Shown here piece after piece: positions 50,930 through 64,000 of a stretch of DNA of 64,000 nucleotides; position 1 is the stretch's first letter; every line of letters begins with the position of its first letter. The stretch is from the NCBI RefSeq assembly GCF_006345805.1, contig NC_043009.1:41478001-41542000 (forward strand). The letters are read 5' to 3'. The translations under genes and the position numbers were made by a program. The notes under the pieces were generated by a model. It was not told the DNA's origin and made no database searches. It worked only from the letters and a program-made list of their open reading frames with translations. Source of the DNA: Octopus sinensis. Lineage: Eukaryota.

Positions 50930-52908
50930 GCATGAGATGGACTTCCACGGAGAGTCCGGCAACCAAATTCACTCACAAGGCATTGGTAGGCCCCGGGACT
51001 ATAGTAGAAGACACTTGCTCAAGGAAACACCACGTGTGACTGAACCCGAAACCACATGGTTGCAAAGCGAGGCTCTTAACCGGACAGTCATACCTTAGCC
51101 GTTTTTTTTTTAAATTTTAATCAGGATAAACGGGTCGTGTTCATGGCTCTTCATGAAGTTTTGTTTTAAACTGATAGCAAGGAGGAAAGAATGTATCCTC
51201 AAAGTGGAAGATATTGGTTCGAATGCTTGTAGTGAGTGGGTAAGTCTAACTCTGCTAAAAGACACTCCATGTGGTAAAGGGTGGAGATAAAGCGGGCAAC
51301 GGATCGAGTTTACTGTACAAATAGACCAGAATAGGATTTGAACTCAGAATGCAAAGAACGGCAATAAATATCGCAAGGTCTGGCGTTCTTTCAGGTCTGC
51401 CAATCTAGCACTCAGCATTGTTTTTTTTGTTTTTTTTTAAAATCTGTATTATGGAAAATGTGAGAACTGAATGAAAGTAGAAAGCATTTACATTTGTAGA
51501 AACATTTTTACTGACTGCTAAGGGGCAACTTATTTATTTTCGGAAACACAAGAGTATATTGTAGATGACTAGGTAGGGAGAAGAAAATAAACTTCTTAGA
51601 AATCCCAATATTGATATAAGTGTTGCGTAAATAAGTAAATAGTGAAACAGTTGTGGAGACAGGTTTCTATATAGATCCGCTAGTTTTTTTTTTTTAATAA
51701 CAATATCTTCTACGAAAGGAAACAGAAAAAAAAATAGAACTATAGAGGGAGCAGTGTGAAAGCATGCAAAATAGTGAGTTGGTTCTGTTATATAACAAAT
51801 GTCAGTCATATATGTTGGTGGTCTGTTATGTTTGCATGTCTGTATATTTACCATTAACATTTGTGCTGCCTACAGTTGGTGACCTTACCGTGCACTTGTT
51901 GCGACGAGTGTCACAGTTTCTGTTAACTACTAATTGTATAGTTAGGTTGTCATTGAGCCGGTGATTAACTCTGTGACGCGTGGCACGATTCGAACGAGTT
52001 ATCTGGTTCACTTCAACTTGACATAGCCATTTAAGCACGTTCATTACCGCACTACACATTTAAATACCAATTTTATCCAATGCAAATAAAATATACTGAC
52101 ATTTATCCGTTTGTTGTTATCTCTCAGAATATTCCAATATCAACATGATTGGTAAATTAAATAATTAACTTCGTTATCAGTAAAATACTCTCGGACTTTC
52201 TAAAAAACATTGTCTGCCAAAACAACCTATTCCACAATACTTCTGATTTCTTGAGCAACATTTGGAATTACAGCTTGTTTGGCTTGCCTGGCCTGTCACA
52301 CAGATTTTTCGCCTAGAGTTCCTTTAACCAAGACATTTTGATTTGTTAATTATCAACAGTCTCGTATTTGATCTATTGGCACTCACCTAGTCAATTGATA
52401 ACCGGTATGCGCGGATTGTTGATGGGCAATTAAAGTCGACTGCATAAGATCAAATATTCCAGACGTCTTATGCACTCTAAAGATAATGACAGCCAGTTTA
52501 TTACTGAATAATTTTATTTTTTGTACACCCAAGATGGAACATAAAGACAAACTATTAGTCGGACAGAAATAACGAATAAACTAATGGAAACTAATAAAAT
52601 CCTACAATATTTCACAAATCCCTGCAGTAATGACGCAAAAAGAACAACAGCGCCCACAACAACAATAATAATCCTTTCTGCTATAGGCACACGGCTAGAA
52701 ATTTTGTAGGAGGACCTAGCCAGTAACATCGACCACAGCACTCAACTCGTATACACTTCATTGATCGCGAAAGGATGAAAGACCAAGTCGAACTCAGCGG
52801 AATTTGAACCCAGTACGTAAAGACGGACGTAATGCTGCTAAGCATTTTGCCCGATGTGCTAACGATTCTGTCAACTCAACGCATAAATAAATAAATAAAT
52901 AAATAAAT

Positions 52909-53332
52909 AGGTGCAGGAGTGGCTGTGTATTAAGTAGCTTGCATACCAACCACATGGTTCCGGGTTCAGTCCCACTGCATGGCACCTTGGGCAAGTGTCT
53001 TCTACTATAGCCTCTGGCCGACCAAAGCCTGTGAGTGGATTTGGTAGAGAGAAACTGAAAGAAGCCCGTCGTATATATGTATATATATGTGTGTATGTGT
53101 GTGTGTGTGTGTTTGTGTGTCTGTGCCCCCCACCACCACCACCACAACATCGCTTGACAACCGATGGTGGTGTGTTTACGTCCCCGTAACTTAGCGGTTC
53201 GGCAAAAGAAAGCACTAGAATAAGTACTAGGCTTTAAAAAAAATAAGTCCTGGGGTCGATTTGCTGGACTAAAGGCGGTGCTCCAGCATGGCCGCAGTCA
53301 AATGACTGAAACAAGTAAAAGAGTAAAGAGTA
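52909..53332 (+). mobile_element. SINE family B, full length
   Basis: Runs from AGGTGCAGGAGTGGCTG to TGACTGAAACAAGTAAAAGAGTAAAGAG. Confidence 0.88.
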
Positions 53333-53629
53333 ACTAAATAGATAAATAGATGAACCATCTAATAAGAAATGGTAGCTACAACAAAATTATGAAATAAACT
53401 ATAAAAATATTCATTTTATTGTTTCTCAATTTATTGCTTATTCCATTTTCATTAAAGGCATTAGGACCATCTTGCGACGGATCGATTGTAGTTTTCTTCT
53501 TGACAGTGAAATAAACTTTATGGATTAAATAGAATGGATTGAAGTGTATCATGTAATAGTGATATAGTTATTTAATTTGAATCAAGTAACTTGTTTCAGT
53601 TATATACTCTTTAATATTAGTTTCAAATA

Positions 53630-54548
53630 AGTCGGTGAGCTGGCAAAAACGTTAGCACGCCGGACGAAATGCGTAGCCGTATTTCGTCTGCCGTTACGTT
53701 CTGAATTCAAATTCCGCCGAGGTTGACTTTACCTTTCATCCTTTCGACCCCAGTGCGTAACTGGTACTTATTTAAATCGACCCCGAAAGGATGAAAGGTA
53801 AAGTCGATCTCGGAGGAATTTGAACTTAGAAGGTAACGGCAAACTAAATACCTATTTCTTTAATACCCACAAGGGGCTAAGCATAGAGGGGACACACAAG
53901 GACAGACAAACGGATTAAGTCGATTACATCGACCCCAGTGCGTAACTGGTACTTATTTAATCGACCCCGAAAGGATGAAAGGCAAAGTCGACCTCGGCGG
54001 AATTTGAACTCAGAGCGTTGCGGCAAACGAAATACAGCTAAGTATTTTGCCCGGCGTGCTAACGATTCTACCAGCTCGCCGCCCTGTTATATATTACTCT
54101 TGTCGTGGTTTCACATTTTGACACAAGGATTACAATTTCGAGGGCAGAGATAAGTCGATTATAACAACCCCAGTGCTCAATTGGTACTTATTTTATCGAA
54201 CTCGAAATGATGAAAGGCAAAGTCGACTTGAGAGGAATTTGAACGCAAATCGCAAAGACGGACGAAATGCCACTAAGCATTTTGTTATTCGCGCTAACGA
54301 TTCTACCTGCTAACCGTCTTATATATTAGTCTTATATTGGTTCCAAATGTTGATAAAGTCTTGCAATTTCCAGTGGGGGGAAAGTCGATTGCCTCAACCC
54401 CAGTGCTCAACTGGTACTTATTTTATCGATCCCGAAATGATGAAAGGTAAAGTCGACTTCAGTGGGACTTGAACTCAGAACGAAAAGAGGGATGAAATGC
54501 TACTAAACATTTTGCCCGGTGCTCTAACCATTCTTCCAGCTCACCGCT
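53630..54548. mobile_element. Cluster of family A SINEs (one + head fused to a - multimer at ~53745, then two older - copies)
   Basis: + head at 53633-53745 switches orientation at CCTTTCG|ACCCCAG. Minus-strand heads end at ~54083, ~54318 and ~54547. Confidence 0.8.
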
Positions 54549-54578
54549 CTTATATATACTCTTATATTTATAGACAGA

Positions 54579-54886
54579 GTTGAGGCGCAATGGCCCAATG
54601 GTTAGGGCAGCGGTCGGAGGATCGCGGTTTCGATTCCCAGACCGGGCGTTGTGTGTATGTTTATTGAGCGAAAATACATAAAGCTCCACGAGGCTCCGGC
54701 GGGGAGTGGTGGCGACCCCTGTTGTACTCTTTCGCCCCAACTTTCTCTCACTCTTTCTTCCTGTTTCTTGAGTAACGCTGCGATAGACTGGCGTCCAGTC
54801 CAGCTAGGGGAAACACATACACCACAGAAACCGGGAAACCGGGCCCATGAGCCTGGCTAGGCTTGAAAAGGGCGCATAAAAAACAA
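54579..54886 (+). mobile_element. SINE family C head with tail type 3
   Basis: Same head and body, then GCGATAGACTGGCGTCCAGTCCAG...GAAACCGGGCCCATGAGCC and an A-rich end. 11-bp TSD TTATAGACAGA at 54568-54578 and 54887-54897. Confidence 0.88.
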
Positions 54887-55282
54887 TTATAGACAGAAGC
54901 CGTAATTTCAATTTTTTTCACCCCTAAAGTGAGTCTCTTCGGTACGAAGTAATTAATGGTCTACAAGAGTTTTCTTGCTAAATGAAATATAAAAAGGAAG
55001 CGAATTTAAGTGATGCGAAACCACCAACGATTAACAAGTCGTCAAGCTGGTTATGAAGTAAAAGGTTAAAAACAAAAAATTAATAAACAACGAAAACGTT
55101 GTTAGTTAATGTTGACAAGACAGCTGTTTATTCTAAGAAAAATAAATTAGAAAAACAGCAAATGCATTCACGAAATCATTATTGATACTAAGTTGCAAAA
55201 CCTAACTTAAAAAGTTTTAATTGCCGACTGGAAGCATAACGTGCCTGTCGATATAACGTCCATTCACGTATCCATTTAAGCT

Positions 55283-55313
<31 letters not shown>

Positions 55314-55563
55314 CATGCATACATAATATACATATTATTATTATTTCTGTTGTTGTTGTTATTATTATTATTATTATGAACACTGAACATTATAGTAGAG
55401 CAGCGTATGGTTTACTTATAAGTAATGTTTACGTGCATATAGATGCATAAGTATATATATATATAGTGTATATATATATATATATATATATACTAACAAT
55501 ATATATATATACATATTTAATATATATATATATATATATATACAACACACATATATATATACA

Positions 55564-55598
<35 letters not shown>

Positions 55599-55661
55599 AT
55601 ATACATATATATAAACGAAGTATATATGATATATAACATGAGAAATTGCGTACATATAAGT

Positions 55662-55711
<50 letters not shown>

Positions 55712-56664
55712 AAATTAATAAATAAATAAAACATATGCATATATACATACATATATGTACCTACCTCTACATGTATATATACATGCATATATATATATAC
55801 ATAGAAACCCATATTTATACACACATATAAAATACACAAACACGCACACATACACATCCGCAAAAAATACTCAGATTTGCGCACACATATACCTATTTTA
55901 TAGATAATTACATATATACATCATCTACACACAATACTCACCCACACCGCCAAAAACAAACAAAAAAAAGAGACAAAAACAAAATCACATTGAAGTAATA
56001 ATAAATAGCAATAATAAGGAAATGACGTTTCATTAGTCGGTTAGGTTGGCTGCCCTCCCCTTGCTTCCTACATTCACCGCCATCAGCGCTGCCATCAGCG
56101 CCGCCGCCATCGCCGCCTCGCAAGATAAGCGCAGCGTATCTTGCAACATGTATGTTTGTAGATGAATGGTAAGAACGACAAGCTAGATTTATGATGAACC
56201 GTAGCTTGACTAGGGTTTGAAATAGGCTAGTGAATTATGGCTATCGGTTGAAGGCTCTGATAGGAGAGCCGATAAAACTGCTAGTCAGTAAACAGACATA
56301 ATTTCCCCCTTCAAAATATGCTGTAGAAAATGATAAAAGAAAAAAAAGGGAATGGACGAATGAATGAATGAATAAATAGATAAATAAATAAAGGGGGCAG
56401 CGACTGTAGGAAGTTTATTTATTTGGATGTATGTAACAGGTATCTGCCTATACATATGTATGTTTGCAAGCATGTACGTATGTATGCATGCGTGTGTCGT
56501 TGGGAAGATGTGTGTGTGTGTGTGTGTTTTTGTATATATACGCAAAATGAGAGTGTATATGTGTGCACATGTAGGTGTGTTTGTGCAAATATATAAGTAA
56601 ACGCACATGAATATGTGTAGATATGAAAATATATTATTTATATGAATGACACAGACGCCGTGCG

Positions 56665-56713
<49 letters not shown>

Positions 56714-56769
56714 GTATGTATGTATGTATGTATTTTTTGTCTATACTTTTAAAATATGAACGTATATGC

Positions 56770-56826
<57 letters not shown>

Positions 56827-57124
56827 TATGTATATGCATTTATATGTATATACATATGTATACATGCATACATATATACATGCATATATGTATATACATA
56901 TATATATAAGTGTTTGTGTGTATATATATATATATACACCTACTTACTCCACCCCACACAGATATTTATATAATACGATAAGTTCTTTCTCAAAGGTTTG
57001 TGACATTCTCCTTTTTTAAATATTTAAAAAACTTAATCTTTCTTTACATATTGTAACTTCTAAGATTCAGTCCTGGGACTGCAGCCATGCTGGGGCAGTA
57101 CCATTTACTTTGCTACGCTTTCAC

Positions 57125-57535
57125 TAAACCAACTCTGAAGTGTGACATTTGGCGGATGAGGGAGTTTAATGTTGCAGCTCTCATCTGTGTTTCTTGCCTT
57201 GAGGAGAGTTCATCAGGAACTCTTAATAGAAGGAGGTTCAGTTTTGTTTTGAAGAAACCTACATCCATATATTGCAGATCTTTGTGGAAAGATATTGAAG
57301 AGCTGTGGGCCTTCGAAGGCGAAGCTGTTGCAGTATCTGGTTCTGTACCCTGATAGCATTCTTGGGGCTTTTGGCTCTATGCAGTGGCGCCCCGTCCTGC
57401 TGTTTATGTAACCAGCAATGCCAAAGTTTAGAACAAGTTTTTCTAGGATTTTCCAGATGTATATTACTTAATATCTTTCCCACCTTCGTTCCAGGGCGTG
57501 GAGTCTTAACTCTTTCAACCTCTCCCAGTCGCTGA
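57125..57535 (-). mobile_element. Second CR1/L2-group LINE 3' fragment (different family), decayed
   Basis: My translation of the minus strand gives SDWERLKELRLHALERRWERY*VIYIWKILEKLVLNFGI...RTGRHC...RTRYCNSFAFEGPQLFNIFP, then (shifted) ...RVPDE..SRQETQMRAA. This frame is not in the ORF track. Confidence 0.8.
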
Positions 57536-57672
57536 TATATATATATATATATATATAGTAAAAGCAATTAAGATTCAAGTCAGTTCTAATGAATTCACTT
57601 GAATGCGGTACTTAACTTAGATGCACCAGAAATATATGGTATTAACCATACAATAATGTGGGGTGATTATAA

Positions 57673-57866
57673 ACGAGAAAAAAGCAACAAGAATGGATTA
57701 GTTTTTTAGTACAATTGTTTCATACAAAGACAGGCTTTATTAAAAGCTGCAAATATTGCAGCAAATACACTTGTATTTGCTGCAATATTTGCAGCTTTTA
57801 ATAAAGCCTGTCTTTGTATGAAACAAGTGTACTAAAAAACTAATCCATTCTTGTTGCTTTTTTCTC

Positions 57867-57868
<2 letters not shown>
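57673..57868. repeat. 196-bp near-perfect palindrome
   Basis: 97-bp arms at 57673-57769 and 57772-57868 with one mismatch and a 2-nt centre; ends at (TA)n. Confidence 0.95.
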
Positions 57869-57900
<32 letters not shown>

Positions 57901-58003
57901 ATATATATATATATTTATTTATATTTATATAAGTATGTATGTATGTATGTATCTGTCTATCTGTCTATCTATCTATCTATCTATCTATCTATTTATCTAT
58001 CTG

Positions 58004-58069
<66 letters not shown>

Positions 58070-58286
58070 AATTGAGATAGGGGTTGTAAGTGCAACCCTC
58101 TATGGGATAGCGTATATCCAATATACTGCTAGTGAAGTACCCAACAAAGTTAATACATAAATGTTAATGATTGCGATGCAATCAATTCATTTACTGTATT
58201 ATATGGGCAAAGGTAAAATGATTTACCACAAATTACTAATACAAGATAAGAAAATGGAGAAATACATCTAAATCAAATATCAATTA

Positions 58287-58324
<38 letters not shown>

Positions 58325-58327
<3 letters not shown>

Positions 58328-58480
58328 GAAACTTACAGAAAAACAAAAGACGATGACATGTGTATAAACAACAAGCGGGTGTATTAGTTTATCGCTCGGG
58401 ATGGTGAGAAAGTATTTTACGATTCGAGCGAACGCACTTCAACAGAAAGTAACACGAGGAGAAAAAACCCCAGAGAATAT
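58325..58480 (-). mobile_element. Diverged copy of the 22780-23096 element
   Basis: Reverse complement reads CTTTCTGTTGAAGTGCGTTCGCTCGAATCGTAAAA...CTAATACA...TCGTCTTTTGTTT, aligning with 22960-23085. Confidence 0.6.
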
Positions 58481-58683
58481 ATGTATATATATAAAAAAAT
58501 ATTTGTAATATTATTACAAATTTGGGATTTTACCAATAAAACCGCAACTCCTATTTCAGTACAACCTGATTTTCTTGAATACACGAAGAAAGTTATATCC
58601 AATAAAATGATAAAATAATATAAGCATTTTAAAACCTACTATAAAGTACAATAAAATTATTTTTTTAATTATTTAAAAAATTA

Positions 58684-59431
58684 TTTGAAAAATATATATA
58701 CCTTACCTGTTATTAGTCTGTGGGGAAAGAAGATATTTTTAATCAACGCTACACGTGTTTCTGCACCGGTGGTGTGTTTATCCAGGCTATGCCTAATACA
58801 TAAATCCACCAGTGCGTCCTCAGGCTATTTTTCTTATTGTTATTATTATCAACGGATCAAAGTTAAAACTACATATTCTAAGACATATCAAATAGAAAAA
58901 TAAGAATATAAATATAAATATAATAAAAAATTATATAACTTACTAATATGTTTTTAAAAATTACAAAATTTAAAAAATTAAAAATTAATAAAAATTAATA
59001 AAATTAAACACTAAAATTACTAAACCAATATATATAGAAAATGCTAAATATAAAGAAATCCTTAACGGCTATATCATAAGCACATCAAATTCCACCACCT
59101 TTCTATATAAACATTATGGGGATTAATAATTTATTGTAAGATTTAACCCTACCTATACAAGTATAAATTACCATTTTTATGTTAAAAGGAAGTTAATAAT
59201 ATTTAAAAAGTAAAAGCCGCTATATACGTTATAAGTTTATTAAATAAAATTAGTAAATGAATCTAGTAACCAAAATTAACAAAGGAAGAATACTTCCTGT
59301 GCAAATGGCTGCTCCTCTATCGTGCGCTAAGTGTTATGGGAATAACATAAATAAAATGAATTTTATTTATATTGAAATATCTTCTTTCCCCACAGGCTAA
59401 TAACAGGTAAGGTATATATATTTTTTCAAAT
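58684..59431. repeat. ~56-bp inverted repeats enclosing ~630 bp of AT-rich DNA
   Basis: TTTGAAAAATATATATACCTTACCTGTTATTAGTCTGTGGGGAAAAGAAGATATTT versus its reverse complement at ~59375-59430. Confidence 0.85.
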
Positions 59432-59442
59432 ATTAAAAAAAA

Positions 59443-59900
59443 ACATCTAGCAAGGTTTCGTTACTCCAGACTGATGAAGAGCAATAACTCTGGATCCAGT
59501 GACTAGATGCTGGCTTTGTTGGGTGGAGGTGCTTATCTCCCCTATCAAGTTGGCAACATGCCATCACTTTATCGTGCTGTTACTCATAACTCTCTCAGTG
59601 AGATTTAGAAATGTAACGTTTCTATTTTTGTAAATCAGTGAATGTATTTCACTTGAAATTATATAAATTTTCAACAGCGGATTAGTAGCGGCATCTAAGC
59701 AAAGAGAAGCTACTCCAGACTGATGAAGAGCAATAACCCTGAAACTGATCACAGGATGCTGACTTTATTGGGCGGAGGTGCTTAACTCCCCTGTTTGAAG
59801 AGTAAAGGATACAGAACGCTTGTGTCGCGTAGCTAACTAAAAACTGTGTTTCTTGGGGCTAAATAACAGTAACATTCTTCCCCTTCCCTGGGACTGCCAC
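59443..59900 (+). mobile_element. Partial-tandem copy of the same PLE-like family with two hammerhead-like cores
   Basis: TACTCCAGA-CTGATGA-AGAG-CAATAA-C(T/C)CT with cores at 59471 and 59720 (period 249). The second is followed by GAAACTGATC. Flanks align with 13978-14352. Confidence 0.6.
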
Positions 59901-61217
59901 GTACACATCTTAACTGAGTGAGTGGAACAGATAAAATCCAGGTCACATATGTTTCCAGGCTAGCAGCTCCTCTGGTGTAATAATTACTCAACAAGGGGGT
60001 ACTCAGCTAGCTACTCTAACCGAAAATACCTTGATAGTATGAAAGTTACATCGACCACATTACTCACCAATTTTTCAGTTTGGTCCTTATTTTACTGGTG
60101 ACTTATTTTACTGCCGAACTGCACATGGTTGTCAAGTGGTAAGGATACACACAAACACGCATATAAACACCACACACACACACACACATGTACATATATT
60201 ATATGTGTACATGAGTAAGTTTATTAGTCTTCGTTGTTTCACCAATATACATACGCTATGAGTTCAAATCCTGGGGTATTCTGCCCGGTTAATTGACTTA
60301 ATCTGTCATTCAGTTTGAACCCCTCTATTCGGAAGGTAACTTGGTAACCTTTAGCGGAGTTAACAATGCTGTAAGCATTTGGGCTATGTCTCCTTCTTGA
60401 GGGTGTCTTTCTCTCTCTCGCATATCACAGAGCCCCACTAATGTACCATGGGCCTGCAGCCTTTTCTCTTGAGCGAAAGATTACAAAAAGTCTAACGGCT
60501 TGTATTTGTTGTACATCTTTGCGTACAGACTCGTTTATATTGTATGCACTTACGTCCACACACGAATACAGATGCATATTAATGCACACACCACGAACTC
60601 ATTCACGTACCCACATTAACGTGCGCATATACACACATTCACGCAATCACACACACACACGCACCGCATATGTATCCATTTACGTATATACCCACATATT
60701 AATATTTACATTAACACTGGCCTTGTGCCAAAATTTGAAATCAATATTTATATTAACACATATGTACAGACGGTCACTCAAACATACACACATTAACACA
60801 TAAGCACATGCATTCATTCATAGTTATACACACACGTGTTCATTCATACAGACAGATATACATATGTATATATATATACATACATATTCAATTGCTTGCG
60901 AAATTGCATACAGATATGTATATTCAACTGTATATGCTTGCACTTAAATTCATATATAGTTATATAGAAAAAAAAATATATATATATACATGTGTGTGTG
61001 TACTTGTATGTGAATATAAATGGATACATATCTATTGAAATAGCTATATTTATGGCCGACATACGTGCAAACACATATATTTCTATACGTATGTATAAGT
61101 ATGCATTTATCAATTTAAGTATGTATGTGTACACACATATATATATATGTGCACGTTATATGTATGTATATATCTATAGATATATATGTGTGTATATATA
61201 TATACATGTGAGTATGC

Positions 61218-61291
<74 letters not shown>

Positions 61292-62356
61292 GCATATACA
61301 CATCCATTCATCTTTGTTGTACGTTTGTGACAATAAACGATATTTGATGTCAAGCGTTAAATCAAAGAAACCACGTGACTAAAATTAAGAGAAGAAGCAA
61401 AATGAGTGTCGAATATCAAATGGTCTTTGAAATTTAGAAAGAACCCAGGATAAATAAGGGGGAAAAGGGTATAGAAAATGGCATGGAAAGACGAGGGAAT
61501 GTGCCATTCAGTAGGATATTAAGAACTGGAAGATGTGAGGCTGAAACATGAGAGAGGGGAACGAAAATAAAAAAAGAAGACTGGGACTAATAGGATGAAT
61601 AATGAAAAGAAAAATGGCGACTGCAAGTAGAACAAAATGCAAACAACAGAAACGTACGGTGAGCAGTTTAGATTGGTAGTCTGATATGTAGACAGACAGA
61701 TTAACAGACGGACAGACAGACAAACAGACAGATAGATAGGTAGTTAGCTACCTAGATAGCTAGCTAGATAGATAGATAGCTAGACAGATAGATATGTTTC
61801 TTTATTAGCCAAACAGGGCTGAACACAGACGGGACAAGTTACAAAGTAGAGCCTTTCTTTTGGGGGAGAAAAAAGTGGGGTAGGTTTTCGATCAAAAGGA
61901 TTCGTAAAAAGGAAGAAAAAAACCGATCAATAGGGATCGTGTATCATAGAAATGTCTTGATGTAAAGTGTAAAGGGGGAAGCAGATAAGGTTTATCCGTG
62001 GAAAGAAAACCCTACGGAAAAGACCACGGTAACCTCGGTCAATAATGTCACATGTTAACACATTTATTTGCAAGTAAGTAACCCTCTGTTTTAAATTTTT
62101 CCGGGTTCATAGGATCTTAGCTACATAGATAGCTAGACAGATAGGGTTGTGTGTGTATGGGTGTACACGTACAACACACACACATGTACACACAAATACA
62201 CACTCACATTCACACACACATAGTATTTGTATAGAAAATAAAGGAAGACACGCAAGATTGTTTATAAGATATTTACGCACGTTTCAATAACATAAGGTGA
62301 TAATTAATTGCATTACCTAAACTATACAATCTTCAGATGTTCAACATATCTATGTC

Positions 62357-62494
<138 letters not shown>

Positions 62495-62569
62495 CACACA
62501 TATACATATATATACATGCATAAACTTGTAAGCGCGCGTGTGTCTGTATATACGTATATATGTATATAT

Positions 62570-62613
<44 letters not shown>

Positions 62614-63504
62614 GCATATATATACATACATGCATATATTTATGTATTGAGAAAGAAAAAGGGACAAAGAAGGATAGAGAAAAGTAGTAGATATGAGACA
62701 AAGATAGAGAGAGAGAGAGAGAAAAAAATGGGAAAACGAAAGAAACAACAGAGATATATTATATCCCCAAAAAGATGGTTTTTCAATACTTAACAAGGCA
62801 ATGCTACAGCATGGTCGTGACCCGTTGCCTAAAACCAGTTCAAGCTCAGAAGAATAAAATGAAAAACAAAAAAAAGTTAAACATAAATAATGTAATAAAA
62901 ACTTAAAATTACAATGAACATTCAGTTGTTTGGGAATAAACGAACAGAAGCAAGACTGTAAGACTTTGTACACGTGACTTAAACTGGATGTAAGCATAAC
63001 GATATCAATAACAGGGGGCGCTGAGAGCATTTGTTTGTCTACTTGAGTTTGAGCGCTCTATCTCTTCTCTCCGCCCTCCATTTTCTTTCTCTCTCTCTCT
63101 CTGTGCTTGCCTTACTATTTTAGTCTATTTTGGTCTCCTCCCCACCGCTCTCTCTCTCTGTATTTGTCTCTAGTTTGATGTCAGCCTATATCTGCATCTC
63201 TCTCTCTTTCTCTCTTTTGGTGCAAAAGAAAATAGTTTTAAACAATGACACCAGTGATTTGAATAATTGAAATTGTAGTGTAGTTTGGAACAGTAGCTTT
63301 GTGTAATAAACATTTGCTGTTTCCAATTTCATTGTCTCTCAACGGTTGCAGGTTTTATTTTCGTACAAAGTTTGATAAGAGCTCCATTAAAACTTTCTAT
63401 GCGCTACTAAGGAAGATGCAGATTTAGTTTCCTTACGAACAAAGTTGAATGCAGAAAGAAAAAGAAATTGAGATTGAGATTTAGTCCGTATTTCCATCAG
63501 TATA

Positions 63505-63890
63505 TGGATAGAAGCACTCCGTCGGTTACGACGACGAGGGTTCCGGTTGATCCGATCAACGGTACATCCTGCTCGTGAAATTAACGTGTAAGTGGCTGAG
63601 CCTTCCACAGACACGTGTACCCTCAACGTAGTTCTCGGGGATATCCAGCGTGACACAGAGAGTGACAATGCCGGCCCTTTGAAATACAGGTACAACAGAA
63701 ACAGGAAGTAAGAGTGAGAGAAAGTTGTAGTGAAAGAGTACAGCAGGGATCACCACCATCCCTGCCGGAGCCTCGTGGAGCTTTAGGTGTTTTCGCTCAA
63801 TAAACACTCACAACGCCCGGTCTGGGAATCGAAACCGCGATCCTACGACCGCGAGTCCGCTGCCCTAACCACTGGGCCATTGCGCTTCCA
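63505..63890 (-). mobile_element. SINE family C, tail type 1, full length
   Basis: Reverse-complement match to 9148-9532. 10-bp TSD CATCAGTATA at 63495-63504 and 63891-63900. Confidence 0.9.
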
Positions 63891-64000
63891 CATCAGTATA
63901 ATTTAGGTAACTTAGATAGGATTTTGGATATTATTGGTTCAAGCCGTATCTAACTTAGATGCACTATTTGGTGGGGTAAACTTTTAGATAATATTTTTGG

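Noticed and set aside
51750-52460. Unique-looking segment as decayed transposase or exon (also 1960-2640, 17860-18330)
   Set aside because: Stops in the frames I examined and no motif I can support, beyond a short LVEPILEY-like trace near 18045.
57180-57222. Minus-strand CTGATGA...GAAAC as a hammerhead
   Set aside because: It lies in LINE coding remnant (VPDE..RQET); stems II and III do not form.

Overview
Very AT-rich eukaryotic (animal) genomic DNA made almost entirely of microsatellites and interspersed repeats. The tRNA-headed SINE families and microsatellite load resemble an octopus/cephalopod genome (inference, not checked). I find no convincing host protein-coding exon; nearly all listed ORFs are translations of simple repeats or SINEs. 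Decayed coding remnants are a 5'-truncated R4/Dong-clade (RLE) retrotransposon sitting in an (ATT)n tract (26175-28247, -), two CR1/L2-type LINE 3' ends and an RTE 3' end. The main finding is a ~4.5 kb array of 9.2 near-identical ~494-bp monomers (40036-44580) embedded in (TA)n DNA. Each monomer carries a type I hammerhead ribozyme fold on the minus strand (7 of 9 intact as assembled), which is the architecture of a retrozyme or ribozyme-bearing satellite predicted to yield ~494-nt circular RNAs. Several other small elements carry minimal or decayed hammerheads and fold-back inverted repeats typical of Penelope-like element (PLE) derivatives, including one tRNA-headed element. One SINE head is joined to four different 3' tails. 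All folds and alignments were done by eye; coordinates of old repeats are approximate.
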